Shown piece by piece: positions 1 through 10,792 of a DNA stretch of 64,000 nucleotides (its first letter is position 1; every line of letters begins with the position of its first letter). The notes beneath the pieces were generated by a model. The model was given only the letters and a program-made list of their open reading frames with translations, was not told where the DNA came from and ran no database searches. The DNA comes from an uncultured beta proteobacterium. Lineage in GTDB: Bacteria; Pseudomonadota; Gammaproteobacteria; Burkholderiales; Burkholderiaceae. A program made the translations under genes and the position numbers. Location: contig CAIUOP010000088.1 in NCBI GenBank assembly GCA_903900805.1, positions 20,411-84,410 of the forward strand, read 5' to 3'.

Positions 1-626
1 AAAAATTAGTATTACGTGGAGACGTGCGCCGTGCCATGAATACCGTACCAACCTTAGTTGAATTGGAAGACTATGCAGAATCTAGTCATCCCGCTTTAAA
101 AAGTTCAGCTCTGCAATTAGATGCTGCACGCAAGGGTGTCACTCTTGCCAAGAAGGCATACCTACCGGATTTTCAAGTCATTGGTTCTTCGTACACACCG
201 CGCGGACCATTTGCCTCAAACAATGGAACCTTGTTTTATCAACTGGAGTTGGATCTCATTATTCCCCTGTATTTCTTTACTAAAGAAAAATATGGGGTAG
301 AGCAGGCACAGCGTAATCAAGCGGCTGCTGAAGCGGGCAATATTTCTAATCGTCAACAGATTGTTTTGGCGGTAAATACTGCCTATGCTAATTATGAGCA
401 AGCTCGGATCCAAACCCAGTTTCTAAGGGATCGCCAAGTCCCACAAGCCGATGCTGCCTATAAAGTAGGCCTCACGCAGTACTCTAATAATGGCCAGGGA
501 TTTAATGACTTATTGACTGCGCAAACACAATTACGTAACTTAGAGATTACATTGGCGCAAGCAGAGAGTAATCTATTGCAAGCGCAAGCAGTATTAATGG
601 TATCTGCGGGCAAAGAGCCTTTTTAA
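1..626 (+). CDS. Outer-membrane efflux factor (TolC/CzcC-type OMF), C-terminal part; 5' end lies outside the window
   Basis: The ORF is open to the window edge and stops at 626. The translation has the coiled-coil OMF repeat signature (LTQYSNNGQGFNDLLTAQTQLRNLEITLAQAESNLLQAQAVL). It sits directly upstream of an RND adaptor and pump. Confidence 0.7.
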   Translation, partial: KLVLRGDVRRAMNTVPTLVELEDYAESSHPALKSSALQLDAARKGVTLAKKAYLPDFQVIGSSYTPRGPFASNNGTLFYQLELDLIIPLYFFTKEKYGVEQAQRNQAAAEAGNISNRQQIVLAVNTAYANYEQARIQTQFLRDRQVPQADAAYKVGLTQYSNNGQGFNDLLTAQTQLRNLEITLAQAESNLLQAQAVLMVSAGKEPF

Positions 627-635
627 GGAGCAGTT

Positions 636-1907
636 TTGATTGATAAATTCATTGCCTTTCTAAAACGCTTGTCTGAAAAGACAAAGCCACTTTTGCATAA
701 GGGTGCGCATCATGGCGCGCATCATGCAAAAGCTGCTGCTAATGGCTTAGTTGGCTTGTATTGGAATTTATCTGCGATCAATCGCTATCGCGTTCGCTTA
801 GCTGCTTTTGCTTTCGCAATTTTGTCATTGGGTATCGTAGCGGGACGAATCACTAACGTGGATCGTGCTGTAAAAATCCAGAGCTCCGGAAAAGGACTGA
901 AGGTTGAGAAAAGCGGCGTTTTGGAATTACAGCTACCTGGCGTCCAGCTCAATCCTGAGATTTATGTATTTCAGTTAGCGGAAAAAGTGCAAGTACCAGT
1001 GAACATTAAAGTTCCAGGACGTTTAGCATTTAATGCAGAAAAATCTAAAGTACTTTCCGCGCGCGCACCGGGTAGGGTGGAGCGTATTTATGCTTTTGAT
1101 GGCGCACAAGTGGATATTGGCTCGCCCATAGTAGAGCTCTATAGCCCAGACTTTCTTTCTGCCCAGCAAGAGTATTTACTTTCTACTAAAACCACTAGGG
1201 TATTAGAGAGTAATAAAACCATGAGTGATTTACTGGGCGATGCCCGGATTACTCAGGAAGCTGCTGCTAACCGTATGAGAAACCTAGGCGCTAGCGACGG
1301 TGACATTAAAAATATTGAAAGCACAGGCAAGACCACTAGCAATTTGGTAATGCGTTCGCCCCTGAAAGGTGTAGTAGTCAAGCGTAATGTTGAGCCTGGT
1401 ACGGCGGTTAATTCTGGCGATGTCATTACTACCCTAGCAGACCCTAAGCAGCTCTGGTTCATAGGTAATGTATTTGAGCAAGACTTCAGAATGATTAAGC
1501 AGGGGCAGAAAATGGTCTTACGTCTTGAGGCATACCCTGATAAAGAGTTTGTTGCTTATGCCAATTACATTGCGCCAACCATTGATCCGCAAACGCGCGC
1601 TTTACTCATCCGTGCTGATGTAGAAAATGCAGATAATTTATTGCGTCCCGATATGTATGCTTCTGGTCTACTCACTACGGGCACAGCAGATGCAGTTGTA
1701 GTGCCTCAGTCAGCCATTGTCCGCATTCGTGAAAACCGCTATGCCATTGTTAAAACTGGCGATGAGACATTTCGGCGTCTGCCAGTGCAGGGCTATGACT
1801 TGAATAGTAAGAGCTTTGCGATTACCGAGGGCGTTGAGCCAGGATGGAAAGTGTTAACAGAAGGCGCTGTCTTGTTAAATGATCGCTTTGCCAAGCAGGA
1901 GGACTAA
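636..1907 (+). CDS. RND efflux periplasmic adaptor (MFP/HlyD family, CzcB-like)
   Basis: TTG start 5 nt after an AAGGAG SD. It has one N-terminal TM segment and barrel-sandwich/lipoyl-like motifs (APGRVERIYAFDGAQVDIGSPIVELYSPDF...). A His-rich N-terminal stretch (HKGAHHGAHHAK) suggests metal binding. It is positioned between the OMF and the RND pump. Confidence 0.8.
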   Translation: MIDKFIAFLKRLSEKTKPLLHKGAHHGAHHAKAAANGLVGLYWNLSAINRYRVRLAAFAFAILSLGIVAGRITNVDRAVKIQSSGKGLKVEKSGVLELQLPGVQLNPEIYVFQLAEKVQVPVNIKVPGRLAFNAEKSKVLSARAPGRVERIYAFDGAQVDIGSPIVELYSPDFLSAQQEYLLSTKTTRVLESNKTMSDLLGDARITQEAAANRMRNLGASDGDIKNIESTGKTTSNLVMRSPLKGVVVKRNVEPGTAVNSGDVITTLADPKQLWFIGNVFEQDFRMIKQGQKMVLRLEAYPDKEFVAYANYIAPTIDPQTRALLIRADVENADNLLRPDMYASGLLTTGTADAVVVPQSAIVRIRENRYAIVKTGDETFRRLPVQGYDLNSKSFAITEGVEPGWKVLTEGAVLLNDRFAKQED

Positions 1908-4900
1908 TTGAGTATTGTTACCTCCTTTATTCGAGGCGTAATCGAGAAGCGCATATTAGTCATCTTTGCTTCTATCACATTACTTGGCTTGGGTATGCTA
2001 AGTCTAAGCAAATTACCAATTCAGCCATATCCAGGTGTTGCGCCATTAACGATCCAGGCAATTTCTCAATGGCCTGGTAGAAGCACTACTGAGGTCGAGC
2101 AGCAAGTCACTATTCCAGTTGAGAATGCCTTAGCAGGTATTCCAGGCTTACAAGCATTCCGTTCCGTATCTTTGTTTGGCCTATCTGTAGTCACGCTTAA
2201 ATTTAATGAGGCTACCGACCCATTTAAGGCGCGCCAAACCTTTCTGGCCAATTTAGCCAACGTTGTTTTCCCTTCTGGCGTTACTTCTAGCATCAGCCCC
2301 GATTCTGATGCTACCGGCGAGATCATGCGTTATGAGGTTACCTCGGAATACGCTTCCTCCACCTTGCTCAAGACTCTACAAAACTATGAGATTTATAAAG
2401 AGCTTAAACAAACTCCTGGTGTAGCTGATGTTTCTTCATTTGGTGGCAAGGTTCGTCAATATCAAGTCATTGTGAGCCCTGAGGGTATGCAGGCTAAGGG
2501 AATATCCGTTAACCAACTGATTTTGGCGCTCACTAACGCGAATAGCAATGCTGGCGGTGGACTATTACCTAGTGGTGAACAACAGTTTGTAGTTCGTGGC
2601 GTAGGCCTACTGAAGAACATCGACGATATCAAGCAAGTAGTCATCACTATTAATAATGGAGTACCGATTCGGATTGGCGATGTTGCCAATGTAGTGATTG
2701 GTAATGCACCACGTCTTGGCATGTTTCAGTTTAATGACAATCCAGATTCTGTTGAGGGTATTGTGTATTTGCGTCGCGGCGAGAATGCTACCGAAGTATT
2801 AGCACGAGTACGTAATACGATTCAGAATATTAATAAGCATGTCTTGCCGCCTGGAATTGAAGTAAAACCATTCTATGACCGCCAAGTACTCTTAGATATC
2901 ACTATTGGTACGGTGAAACATACCCTGTTCTTTGGCATCTCATTGGTATTAGCAGTATTGTTTTTCTTCTTGGGTAATATTCGCGCTGCTGCTGTAGTAG
3001 CTGCTGTAATCCCGCTCGCTTTGTGTGTCTCATTCATTCAGATGCATTTATGGAGCGTACCAGCTAACTTAATCTCTTTGGGCGCAATTGACTTCGGGGT
3101 GATCGTAGACTCCGCAGTCATTCTGATTGAGAACGTCATGCGTCACTTAGAGGAGGGCGGTAAGCGCCTCAATCAAAGTATTATTTTGGCCACTAGTGAA
3201 GTACAGCGGGCCATGATCTACTCAACCGGCATCATCATCGTTGCTTACTCTCCATTGTTCTTTATGGGCGGTGTTGAAGGCATCATCTTTAAGCCGATGG
3301 CATTCACGATGGGTTTTGCTTTAATCGCGGCAGTGGTGTTGAGCTTAACTTTCTTACCGGCAATGATTTCTTTGGTTTTTAGTGAAAACCTGGAGCACAA
3401 GCCACCATCATTTATGACCAAGATTCTCAATAACTATAAGCCTTTACTGAGAAAGTGGATGGATCGTCCAATGACGGTTTTCTCGGTAGCAGTATTTATT
3501 CTTGGCTTAACTTTATTGAGCATGACGCGCTTAGGTACAGCGTTCTTGCCAACCTTGGAAGAGAACAATATTTGGTTGCGAGTGACCTTGCCAAATACCG
3601 TAGATTTAAACTATTCCGTGAAAGTCGCCAACCAACTACGTGAAACCTTTCTTAAGCAGCCTGAGATCGATAAGGTGGCCGCGCAGATCGGTCGTCCTGA
3701 TGATGGTACTGATTCCACTGGGGTGTTTAACCAAGAGTATGGCCTTTATCTCAAAAGTCCGGATAGGATGCCGGCTGGATCTAGCAAGAAAGACTTGATT
3801 AAGCATCTAGAGCTTGAACTAAATAAGGTGCCGGGTATTGCGTATAGCTTCTCGCAATATATTCAAGATAACGTCAATGAAGCTCTGTCTGGTGTTAAGG
3901 GGGAGAACTCAATCAAAATTTATGGCACCGATCTTGAGGTTCTTGATCAAAAAGCCCACGAGGTGATTGATCAGCTTAAAAAAGTACGAGGAGTTGAAGA
4001 TGCTGGCATTCTTAAAGAGCTTGGCCAGCCAACTCTGAACATTCAGATCGATCGTGACCGTGCCGCACGCTATGGCATCAATGTAAGTGATGTGCAGACA
4101 GTAGTTGCTAATGCAATTGGTGGTGCTGCTGTAACAAACCTGCTCGAAGATGAAAAAACCTTTGGTATTGCGATTCGCTTAAATGAAGGAAGTCGTAATG
4201 ATATGGCCGATATTAGCCATTTATTGGTTGAGGCACCCGACGGTACTAAGATTCCTTTATTAATGGTAGCAACGGTAAAGCTAGTTGATGGACCATTCTT
4301 TATTTATCGCGAAGCCGGTAAGCGCTATATTGCCATTAAGTTCAGCGTTCGTAACCGCGACTTAGGTAGCGCTGTAGAGGATGCTCAGTTTTTGATTGAA
4401 AAAAATATCACCTTACCGCCAAATTATTCTATTAGTTGGGATGGTCAGTTCAATCAAATGAAACAGGCGCAGAAGAAGTTGATGTTGATAGTGCCTTTGG
4501 CTCTATTGGGCATCTTCTTATTGTTGGTTAGCGCCTTTGGCAACTTCCGCGATGCCGTCATTGTGATGATCAATGTACCTTTTGCTGCCATCGGTGGTGT
4601 TCTTGCCTTGCACCTCGCAGGTGAGACGCTGAGTATTTCTGCATTCTTTGGCTTCTTATCGCTATTTGGGATTGCAATTCAAGATGGCGTGATCTTGATT
4701 TCCTTTATCAATAAGACGGCTGCAACTGAGCATGGGGAGATGAAAGATGTCATGGTAGAAGGTGCCGCATTGCGCGTTCGTCCAGTATTGATGACAGCGA
4801 TGCTCTCTGGTTTAGGTTTGTTGCCTGCGGCCTTATCCCAATCCATTGGTTCAGAAGCGCAGCGACCATTAGCCTTAGTCATTGTGGGCGGCATGGTAAC

Positions 4901-4985
4901 AACAACAATATTGACGCTTTTAGTGTTGCCAGTGATTTATGGCTGGTTCAGGGGTCGCGCATTAACTCCTGCAAAAAATATTTAA
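1908..4985 (+). CDS. RND efflux permease, CusA/CzcA heavy-metal-efflux-like family
   Basis: 1025 aa with a TTG start after an AGGAGG SD. It has 12-TM RND architecture with two large periplasmic loops. The TM4 motif [17 protein letters not shown] resembles the HME-RND DFG..D.A..EN signature. The substrate is inferred, not shown. Confidence 0.85.
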   Translation: MSIVTSFIRGVIEKRILVIFASITLLGLGMLSLSKLPIQPYPGVAPLTIQAISQWPGRSTTEVEQQVTIPVENALAGIPGLQAFRSVSLFGLSVVTLKFNEATDPFKARQTFLANLANVVFPSGVTSSISPDSDATGEIMRYEVTSEYASSTLLKTLQNYEIYKELKQTPGVADVSSFGGKVRQYQVIVSPEGMQAKGISVNQLILALTNANSNAGGGLLPSGEQQFVVRGVGLLKNIDDIKQVVITINNGVPIRIGDVANVVIGNAPRLGMFQFNDNPDSVEGIVYLRRGENATEVLARVRNTIQNINKHVLPPGIEVKPFYDRQVLLDITIGTVKHTLFFGISLVLAVLFFFLGNIRAAAVVAAVIPLALCVSFIQMHLWSVPANLISLGAIDFGVIVDSAVILIENVMRHLEEGGKRLNQSIILATSEVQRAMIYSTGIIIVAYSPLFFMGGVEGIIFKPMAFTMGFALIAAVVLSLTFLPAMISLVFSENLEHKPPSFMTKILNNYKPLLRKWMDRPMTVFSVAVFILGLTLLSMTRLGTAFLPTLEENNIWLRVTLPNTVDLNYSVKVANQLRETFLKQPEIDKVAAQIGRPDDGTDSTGVFNQEYGLYLKSPDRMPAGSSKKDLIKHLELELNKVPGIAYSFSQYIQDNVNEALSGVKGENSIKIYGTDLEVLDQKAHEVIDQLKKVRGVEDAGILKELGQPTLNIQIDRDRAARYGINVSDVQTVVANAIGGAAVTNLLEDEKTFGIAIRLNEGSRNDMADISHLLVEAPDGTKIPLLMVATVKLVDGPFFIYREAGKRYIAIKFSVRNRDLGSAVEDAQFLIEKNITLPPNYSISWDGQFNQMKQAQKKLMLIVPLALLGIFLLLVSAFGNFRDAVIVMINVPFAAIGGVLALHLAGETLSISAFFGFLSLFGIAIQDGVILISFINKTAATEHGEMKDVMVEGAALRVRPVLMTAMLSGLGLLPAALSQSIGSEAQRPLALVIVGGMVTTTILTLLVLPVIYGWFRGRALTPAKNI

Positions 4986-5007
4986 GCTATACAGAAACTG
5001 GAGAGCT

Positions 5008-5796
5008 ATGAGCGAACGTCAACCCCACATATTGGTCTCTAATGACGATGGTTATCTCGCTCCAGGCTTATTGGCTTTAGTCAATGCAGTGCGTCCATTA
5101 GGGCGGATTACAGTGATTTCTCCTGAGCAGAATCACAGCGGTGCATCTAACTCCTTAACCTTATCTAGACCACTTTCAATCCATCGAGTTGCTGGTGGGG
5201 AGCGTGACGGATTCTTCTTTATTAACGGCACACCAACCGATTGTGTGCATGTAGCCATGACAGGCTTCTTAGATGAAAAGCCTGACCTTGTGATCTCGGG
5301 TATTAATCAAGGTGAGAATATGGGTGAAGATGTGTTGTACTCCGGTACGGTTGCTGCGGCAGTTGAAGGGGTGATGTTCGGTGTTCCGGGCATTGCCTTC
5401 TCACAAATTGATCGTGGCTGGAATCGGATTGAGGACGCTGCTAAGGCTGCCCATGATGTTGTGGCACAAATGTTGGTTTCAGCACTTGCTCGAACTGAAG
5501 GTACGGCAACATTGCTCAATGTGAATATTCCCAATCGTCCTTATGCCGACTTATATCGCTGGCGCGTCACTCGTTTAGGTAACCGCCATCACTCACAGCC
5601 AGTGGTCGTTCAAGATAGTCCACGTGGTGACAAGATTTATTGGATTGGTGCTGCAGGAGGTGTTAAAGAAGGCTCTGAGGGTACAGACTTTCATGCAATT
5701 GATGAGGGCTGTATATCCATCACTCCAATGCAATTAGACTTAACTCACCACGCACGCTTAGCGGCGATGCGTTCTAACGGCTGGGATCGCGGTTGA
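5008..5796 (+). CDS. surE: 5'/3'-nucleotidase SurE
   Basis: N-terminal [14 protein letters not shown] motif, GINQGENMG and YSGTVAAA motifs, and conserved surE-pcm-nlpD order. Confidence 0.93.
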   Translation: MSERQPHILVSNDDGYLAPGLLALVNAVRPLGRITVISPEQNHSGASNSLTLSRPLSIHRVAGGERDGFFFINGTPTDCVHVAMTGFLDEKPDLVISGINQGENMGEDVLYSGTVAAAVEGVMFGVPGIAFSQIDRGWNRIEDAAKAAHDVVAQMLVSALARTEGTATLLNVNIPNRPYADLYRWRVTRLGNRHHSQPVVVQDSPRGDKIYWIGAAGGVKEGSEGTDFHAIDEGCISITPMQLDLTHHARLAAMRSNGWDRG

Positions 5797-6449
5797 AGGC
5801 TCCCACCGAAAGATTCGCCGCTTATCGTCAAGCACTAGCTGCTAAGGTGCATGCTAGTGGTGTGAAGCACGGTAAAACTCTAGAGGCCATCGCCACTGTG
5901 CCACGCCATGCATTTATTGATGCTGGTCTACATGCCCAAGCCTATGAGGATACAGCGTTGCCGATTGGACAAGAGCAAACCATTTCTAAGCCATCGGTAG
6001 TCGCTCATATGATTGAGCTTTTGCATAAGCCCAGGCATAAACTAGGTAAGGTTTTAGAAATTGGCACGGGTTGTGGCTATCAAGCAGCAGTACTCAGCCT
6101 GTTGGCCGATGAGGTATATTCAATCGAGCGTATTCGTTCGCTGCATGACTTGGCTAGAGCTAAGCTACGCCCATTTCGGATTAATAATCTGCGCTTGATT
6201 TACGGTGACGGAATCTTGGGTTTGCCCCAGGCCGCACCTTTTGATGGAATCATCTTGGCTGCAGCCGGCCTAGGTATTCCGGATGCCTTGTTAGATCAGC
6301 TGTCTATTGGAGGACGTTTAGTCGCTCCAGTTGCTAAAAATGAAAAAGAGCAGCAGCTCATCATGGTTGAAAGGATGAGCTCTCAGCGCTATCAAAGAAC
6401 TGTGCTGGACGAGGTCTTTTTTGTCCCCTTACAATCAGGGGTAGTATGA
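5793..6449 (+). CDS. pcm: Protein-L-isoaspartate O-methyltransferase
   Basis: SAM-binding motif [15 protein letters not shown] and an [10 protein letters not shown] motif. A TTG start overlaps the surE stop (TTGA). Confidence 0.9.
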   Translation: MKAPTERFAAYRQALAAKVHASGVKHGKTLEAIATVPRHAFIDAGLHAQAYEDTALPIGQEQTISKPSVVAHMIELLHKPRHKLGKVLEIGTGCGYQAAVLSLLADEVYSIERIRSLHDLARAKLRPFRINNLRLIYGDGILGLPQAAPFDGIILAAAGLGIPDALLDQLSIGGRLVAPVAKNEKEQQLIMVERMSSQRYQRTVLDEVFFVPLQSGVV

Positions 6450-6475
6450 GTTCTAATCTGAATTGAATATCCTAT

Positions 6476-7231
6476 ATGCCTAATAGCTTATCTAAGAGCC
6501 TTCTGATTGCGTTTCTGTCCGCAACCCTGATATTGACTGTCGGTTGCTCTACGCCTCGCACAAAGCCTGCTACCGTGGTTGATCGTGTTAGCGTAGCACC
6601 CGAGCCAACCCCTCCTGGTTACTATCGCGTAAAAAAGGGTGATACCTTAGCGCGAATCGCCTTAGATCATGGTCAAGCGCCACGTGATGTAGCGCAGTGG
6701 AATACTGCAGCTAATCCAAGCTTTAATCCAAATGTCATTGAGGTGGGTGATTTAGTATTGATTAGGGCTCCTGCAGGAACAAAGCCCGCAAAAGCAGTTG
6801 ATACAAAACCTGCAAGTGCTAAAGCAGATGAACCCGCACCAGAACCCACCAAGCCAGAAATCGTTGCAGAGCCCGGCATTCGTTTATCCTGGCCCGCCAA
6901 AGGGAAGGTAAGTGCTGAATTTAGTGAAACTAATAAAGGTATCGACATCGCCGGTAAGGTTGGCGAGCCGGTATTAGCAGCCTCTGATGGCAAAGTAGTT
7001 TATGCAGGCAATAGTCTGCGTGGTTACGGTAACTTAGTCATTGTGAAGCATGACAACACTTATCTCACTGCTTATGCTCATAACAGTAAGCTCATTGTGA
7101 AAGAGGGCGATGCAGTTCGTAAAGGGCAGAAGATTGCCGAGATGGGTGATACGGATACCACCTCAGCTAGGCTCCATTTTGAATTACGCGTAAACGGTAA
7201 GCCAGTCAATCCAACACCGTATCTACAGTAA
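6476..7231 (+). CDS. nlpD: LysM + M23 peptidase lipoprotein (NlpD-like murein hydrolase activator)
   Basis: Lipobox LTVGC, LysM segment (YRVKKGDTLARIALDHG) and a C-terminal M23 domain (GIDIAG..., TAYAHNS, LHFELRVNGKPVNP). It follows pcm. Confidence 0.85.
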   Translation: MPNSLSKSLLIAFLSATLILTVGCSTPRTKPATVVDRVSVAPEPTPPGYYRVKKGDTLARIALDHGQAPRDVAQWNTAANPSFNPNVIEVGDLVLIRAPAGTKPAKAVDTKPASAKADEPAPEPTKPEIVAEPGIRLSWPAKGKVSAEFSETNKGIDIAGKVGEPVLAASDGKVVYAGNSLRGYGNLVIVKHDNTYLTAYAHNSKLIVKEGDAVRKGQKIAEMGDTDTTSARLHFELRVNGKPVNPTPYLQ

Positions 7232-7248
7232 CGATTCGGTAAGAGCAT

Positions 7249-8070
7249 ATGGCTACTGTTCTCGTCTTTGATATCGAAACTATTCCAGATGTAGCTGGAA
7301 TTCGTCGTCTAGAAGGCCATCCAGACTCCATGAGCGATGCTGAAGTGGCGGCTAAAGCGATGGCTGACAAAGCGGCTAAAACAGGCAGCGATTTTCTACC
7401 GCTATTTTTACAAAAAATTGTTGCTATTTCTTGTGTGATACGCAGAAGCACTAAAGAAGGCGCCCCACAAATTAAAGTAGGAACCCTTGGCACTCCCCAA
7501 GACGATGAGAAGGTTTTAATTCAGGCTTTTTTTGATTTGATTGAGAAGTACACACCCCAATTGGTTTCTTGGAATGGCAGCGGTTTTGATCTACCAGTAC
7601 TGCATTACCGCGCGCTTGCCAATCATATTCAGGCACCACGTTATTGGGAAATGGGTGAGAGCCAAGAGGCTGATAGTCGCGACTTCAAGTGGAATAACTA
7701 CATTAGTCGTTATCACATGCGTCACCTCGATATGATGGATCTCTTAGCTAAGTTCAATGGTAGAGCTAACGCACCCTTAGACGGTTTAGCAAAGCTCTGC
7801 GGCTTCCCAGGCAAGATGGGCATGGATGGTAGTCAAGTATGGCCCGCATATCAAGACGGTAAGATCGATGACATTCGCCGCTATTGCGAGACTGATGTCG
7901 TCAATACCTATCTCATGTATTGCCGCTTTCAATTACTGCGCGGTGGCTTTTCATTAGCTGAGTACCAAGAAGAAATTGAATTTGTAAAAGCCTATTTAGA
8001 AAAAGAAGCCAAGGAGCCTAATGGTGCTCAGTGGCAAGAGTACCTGCAAGGTTTCGCACCGGATGCGTAG
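7249..8070 (+). CDS. 3'-5' exonuclease related to the PolB exonuclease domain (RNase H-like fold)
   Basis: Exo motifs are visible in the translation: LVFDIETIPD (ExoI DxE), SWNGSGFDLPVL (ExoII) and YCETDVVNTY (ExoIII YxxxD). Confidence 0.75.
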   Translation: MATVLVFDIETIPDVAGIRRLEGHPDSMSDAEVAAKAMADKAAKTGSDFLPLFLQKIVAISCVIRRSTKEGAPQIKVGTLGTPQDDEKVLIQAFFDLIEKYTPQLVSWNGSGFDLPVLHYRALANHIQAPRYWEMGESQEADSRDFKWNNYISRYHMRHLDMMDLLAKFNGRANAPLDGLAKLCGFPGKMGMDGSQVWPAYQDGKIDDIRRYCETDVVNTYLMYCRFQLLRGGFSLAEYQEEIEFVKAYLEKEAKEPNGAQWQEYLQGFAPDA

Positions 8071-9499
8071 AGGTGCTAAGCCAGTCAATATCGAAGTGAC
8101 TGAGCCAGTAAAAGTTGAAGCACTCGATCTAGACGCACAAGGGATTGCCCGTTTAGCTCCTAATGAGCAAGAACAAGCGCTTGGTCAAAGTGGCAAAGTA
8201 ATTTTCATTAAAGGTGCATTGCCAACAGAGTTAGTTACTTACACCATCACTAGTGAAAAAGCGCGCTTTAGTAAAGCGAAGGTACGTGAGATCCTAAAGC
8301 CAGCCGTATTTAGGGCAGAGCCCAAGTGTGCTGCCTTTGGTGTCTGTGGTGGCTGCACTATGCAGCACTTAGAGATTAGGGCACAGGTTGCCATGAAGCA
8401 GCGAGTTCTAGAAGATGACTTGCGACACATCGCTAAAGTCAAACCAGAAGAAATTTTGCGGCCAATGGGCGGCCCCGTTTGGGAATATCGCCATCGTGCA
8501 CGCTTAAGTGTAGTTAACCGCTCAATCAAAAAAGGTACAGTATTGATTGGTTTTCATGAAGGTAAGAGCGGCTATGTAGCCGATATGCTTGCCTGTGAGA
8601 TTTTGCCAAAACATGTTTCTGATTTACTGCCAGCCATGCGTAAATTAGTCATGGGTCTATCGATCGTGGATCGTATGCCCCAAATTGAAGTTGCTATTGG
8701 CGAGCCAGAAGAGCCTCATTCTGATGATCCTAAGAAATCTAAACCAGTAACTGCATTAGTGTTTCGCAACCTACTGCCTTTAACTGTTGCTGATGAGCAA
8801 TTACTGCGAGAATTTGCGGACCATCATCAAGTCTGGATTTGGCTACAACCCAAAGGAATGGAGACTGTAGCCCCGTTTTACCCAGAAACTGGCAAGCTTT
8901 GCTACCGCCTTCCTGAGTTTCAAATCGAGATGCCATTTAAGCCGTCTGATTTCACACAAGTGAACCACCTGATGAACCGCGCGCTTGTGAGCAGGACGAT
9001 TCGTTTGTTAGAAGTACAAGAAACTGATCGTGTACTCGATTTATTTTGTGGGCTTGGTAATTTCACATTACCCCTTGCTAGAAAAGCAAAGCAAGTTTTG
9101 GGAATAGAAGGCTTAGAAACCTTAACAACACGTGCAAAAGAAAATGCAATGCATAACGGTCTTGAAGATAAGGCAAGCTTCTTACAAAGCGATTTGTTTT
9201 CAGTCACTCCAGAAACGATTTCATCTTGGAGCAAGGCAGAGCGTTGGCTGATGGATCCACCACGTGAAGGCGCAATGGAAATTTGTAGTGCGCTTGCACA
9301 GCTACACACTCAGAAAAGTGATTTGATGCCACAGCGTATTGTGTACGTCTCTTGTAATCCCAAAACATTAGCTAGAGATGTGGAGATTTTGTGTCACCAC
9401 GCAGGCTATACGCTCAGTAGCGCGGGGATCGTAAACATGTTCCCGCAGACCTCCCATGTGGAGTCCATGGCGGTATTTGACCGCCGATTACCTCTCTGA
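8063..9499 (+). CDS. rlmD: 23S rRNA (uracil-C5)-methyltransferase RlmD/RumA
   Basis: TRAM-like N-terminus, Fe-S Cys cluster CAAFGVCGGCTMQH, SAM motif DLFCGLGNFTLPLA and catalytic YVSCNPKTLARD. I prefer the ATG at 8063 (8-nt overlap with the upstream stop) over the ORF-track start at 8021. Confidence 0.85.
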   Translation: MRRGAKPVNIEVTEPVKVEALDLDAQGIARLAPNEQEQALGQSGKVIFIKGALPTELVTYTITSEKARFSKAKVREILKPAVFRAEPKCAAFGVCGGCTMQHLEIRAQVAMKQRVLEDDLRHIAKVKPEEILRPMGGPVWEYRHRARLSVVNRSIKKGTVLIGFHEGKSGYVADMLACEILPKHVSDLLPAMRKLVMGLSIVDRMPQIEVAIGEPEEPHSDDPKKSKPVTALVFRNLLPLTVADEQLLREFADHHQVWIWLQPKGMETVAPFYPETGKLCYRLPEFQIEMPFKPSDFTQVNHLMNRALVSRTIRLLEVQETDRVLDLFCGLGNFTLPLARKAKQVLGIEGLETLTTRAKENAMHNGLEDKASFLQSDLFSVTPETISSWSKAERWLMDPPREGAMEICSALAQLHTQKSDLMPQRIVYVSCNPKTLARDVEILCHHAGYTLSSAGIVNMFPQTSHVESMAVFDRRLPL

Positions 9500-9605
9500 A
9501 TCCCTGATTTAAGGTAGGTATAAATACCTCCGTAATTTAAGACAGCTTAATATCATTGTGTGACAAAAAATAGGTATCATATTTATTTTCACGCAAAGGT
9601 ATTTT

Positions 9606-10022
9606 ATGAAATCAATGATTGGCCTCACGCTTGGCCTAAGTATGAGCTTCCTCGTAAATGCACAAACTATCCCAACCTTAGCCAAAGTCTATAGTGGCAA
9701 TACGGTTGAAACTTCAATCAATGCATCCCAGAAAAATCCAAAAGTACAAAATCAAACGATGGTGGCTACATTAACCATTTTGAAGCAAGACGGTCAGCAC
9801 GTTGAATTTATGTATCAAAATCCCAGCTATAAAGCTTATGAAATTGGCACTATCTCTGCGGATGGAAAGAAATTACAAATCTCCTATAAGGGTGGCTTTG
9901 GCGTTTATGACATCAGTGGAAATAAATTAGCGGGATGTGGATCTGGTAGAGCTAGTGAAGGTCCATTTGGCCAATGGATTAATACCTACTATGCCTGGTG
10001 TGATGATTTAACTGCTAAGTAA
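9606..10022 (+). CDS. Hypothetical small secreted protein (138 aa)
   Basis: It has a signal peptide (MKSMIGLTLGLSMSFLVNA-Q), two Cys near the C-terminus and no motif I recognise. It has AT-rich flanks and is followed by a strong hairpin terminator. Confidence 0.5.
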   Translation: MKSMIGLTLGLSMSFLVNAQTIPTLAKVYSGNTVETSINASQKNPKVQNQTMVATLTILKQDGQHVEFMYQNPSYKAYEIGTISADGKKLQISYKGGFGVYDISGNKLAGCGSGRASEGPFGQWINTYYAWCDDLTAK

Positions 10023-10041
10023 TTATTCTCTATTAAGCTGG

Positions 10042-10077
10042 AAAAAAATAAAGGCGCTCTAGGCGCCTTTATTTTTG
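10042..10077. terminator. Bidirectional rho-independent terminator between convergent genes
   Basis: Perfect 8-bp stem aaaggcgc (10050-10057) / gcgccttt (10063-10070) with loop tctag. It is flanked by an A-run upstream and a T-run downstream. Confidence 0.7.
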
Positions 10078-10090
10078 AGAGAAGAAATGC

Positions 10091-10792
10091 TTAATCTCTG
10101 TTACCACCAACAATACCTAAAAGTGCCAGTAAGTTAGTAAAGACGTTATATACATCTAGGTAAATAGCTAGGGTGGCCATGATGTAGTTGGTTTCGCCGC
10201 CACTGATAACGCGTTGTACGTCAACTAGGATGAAGGCTGAGAAGATAGCAATAGCCAAAACCATCACGGTCAACATCAAAGCGGGTAACTGTAACCAAAT
10301 GTTTGCTAATGAAGCAACGATCAGGAGCAGTACGCCAACCATCAACCATTTACCCATGCCAGAAAAATCACTTTTGCTCACAGTAGCAATCGTTGCCATC
10401 GTAGCGAAGATGGCTGCTGTACCACCAAAAGACAACATGATGAGGGTGGCACCATTGCTATAGCTATTGAGAGTAAAACCAATCAAGCGGGACATCATGA
10501 TGCCCATGAAGAATGTGAAACCCAAGAGCAGCAGAACACCTATACCCGTCTCTTTATTTTTTTCGATTGCCCAGAAGAAACCAAAGGCAACTGCCATAAA
10601 GACGATGAAACCAATGAATGGGCTTTCAGCGAATAAGCTAAAACCCATTGCAACACCAAGCCAGGCACCAATCACTGTTGGAACCATTGATAGCGCCAAG
10701 AGAGCATAGGTATTGCGCAGTACGCGGTTACGTATCTGCATGTTACTAATTGCGCCGGTTTGGCCAAAGCCGTAAGAGTTAAGATCACTCAT
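10091..10792 (-). CDS. Bax inhibitor-1/YccA family inner-membrane protein
   Basis: 7-TM profile, an N-terminal NRVLRNTYALLALSM motif and a C-terminal YLDVYNVFTNLL motif typical of BI-1/YccA. The ATG at 10792 follows a GAAGGAG SD, so the longer ORF-track start at 10858 is unlikely. Confidence 0.8.
   Translation of the reverse strand: MSDLNSYGFGQTGAISNMQIRNRVLRNTYALLALSMVPTVIGAWLGVAMGFSLFAESPFIGFIVFMAVAFGFFWAIEKNKETGIGVLLLLGFTFFMGIMMSRLIGFTLNSYSNGATLIMLSFGGTAAIFATMATIATVSKSDFSGMGKWLMVGVLLLIVASLANIWLQLPALMLTVMVLAIAIFSAFILVDVQRVISGGETNYIMATLAIYLDVYNVFTNLLALLGIVGGNRD

Noticed and set aside
8021-8062. Upstream extension of rlmD overlapping the exonuclease gene by 50 nt
   Set aside because: The extension (MVLSGKSTCKVSHR) lies within the exonuclease coding sequence. 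The ATG at 8063 gives the usual short overlap and a normal RlmD N-terminus.
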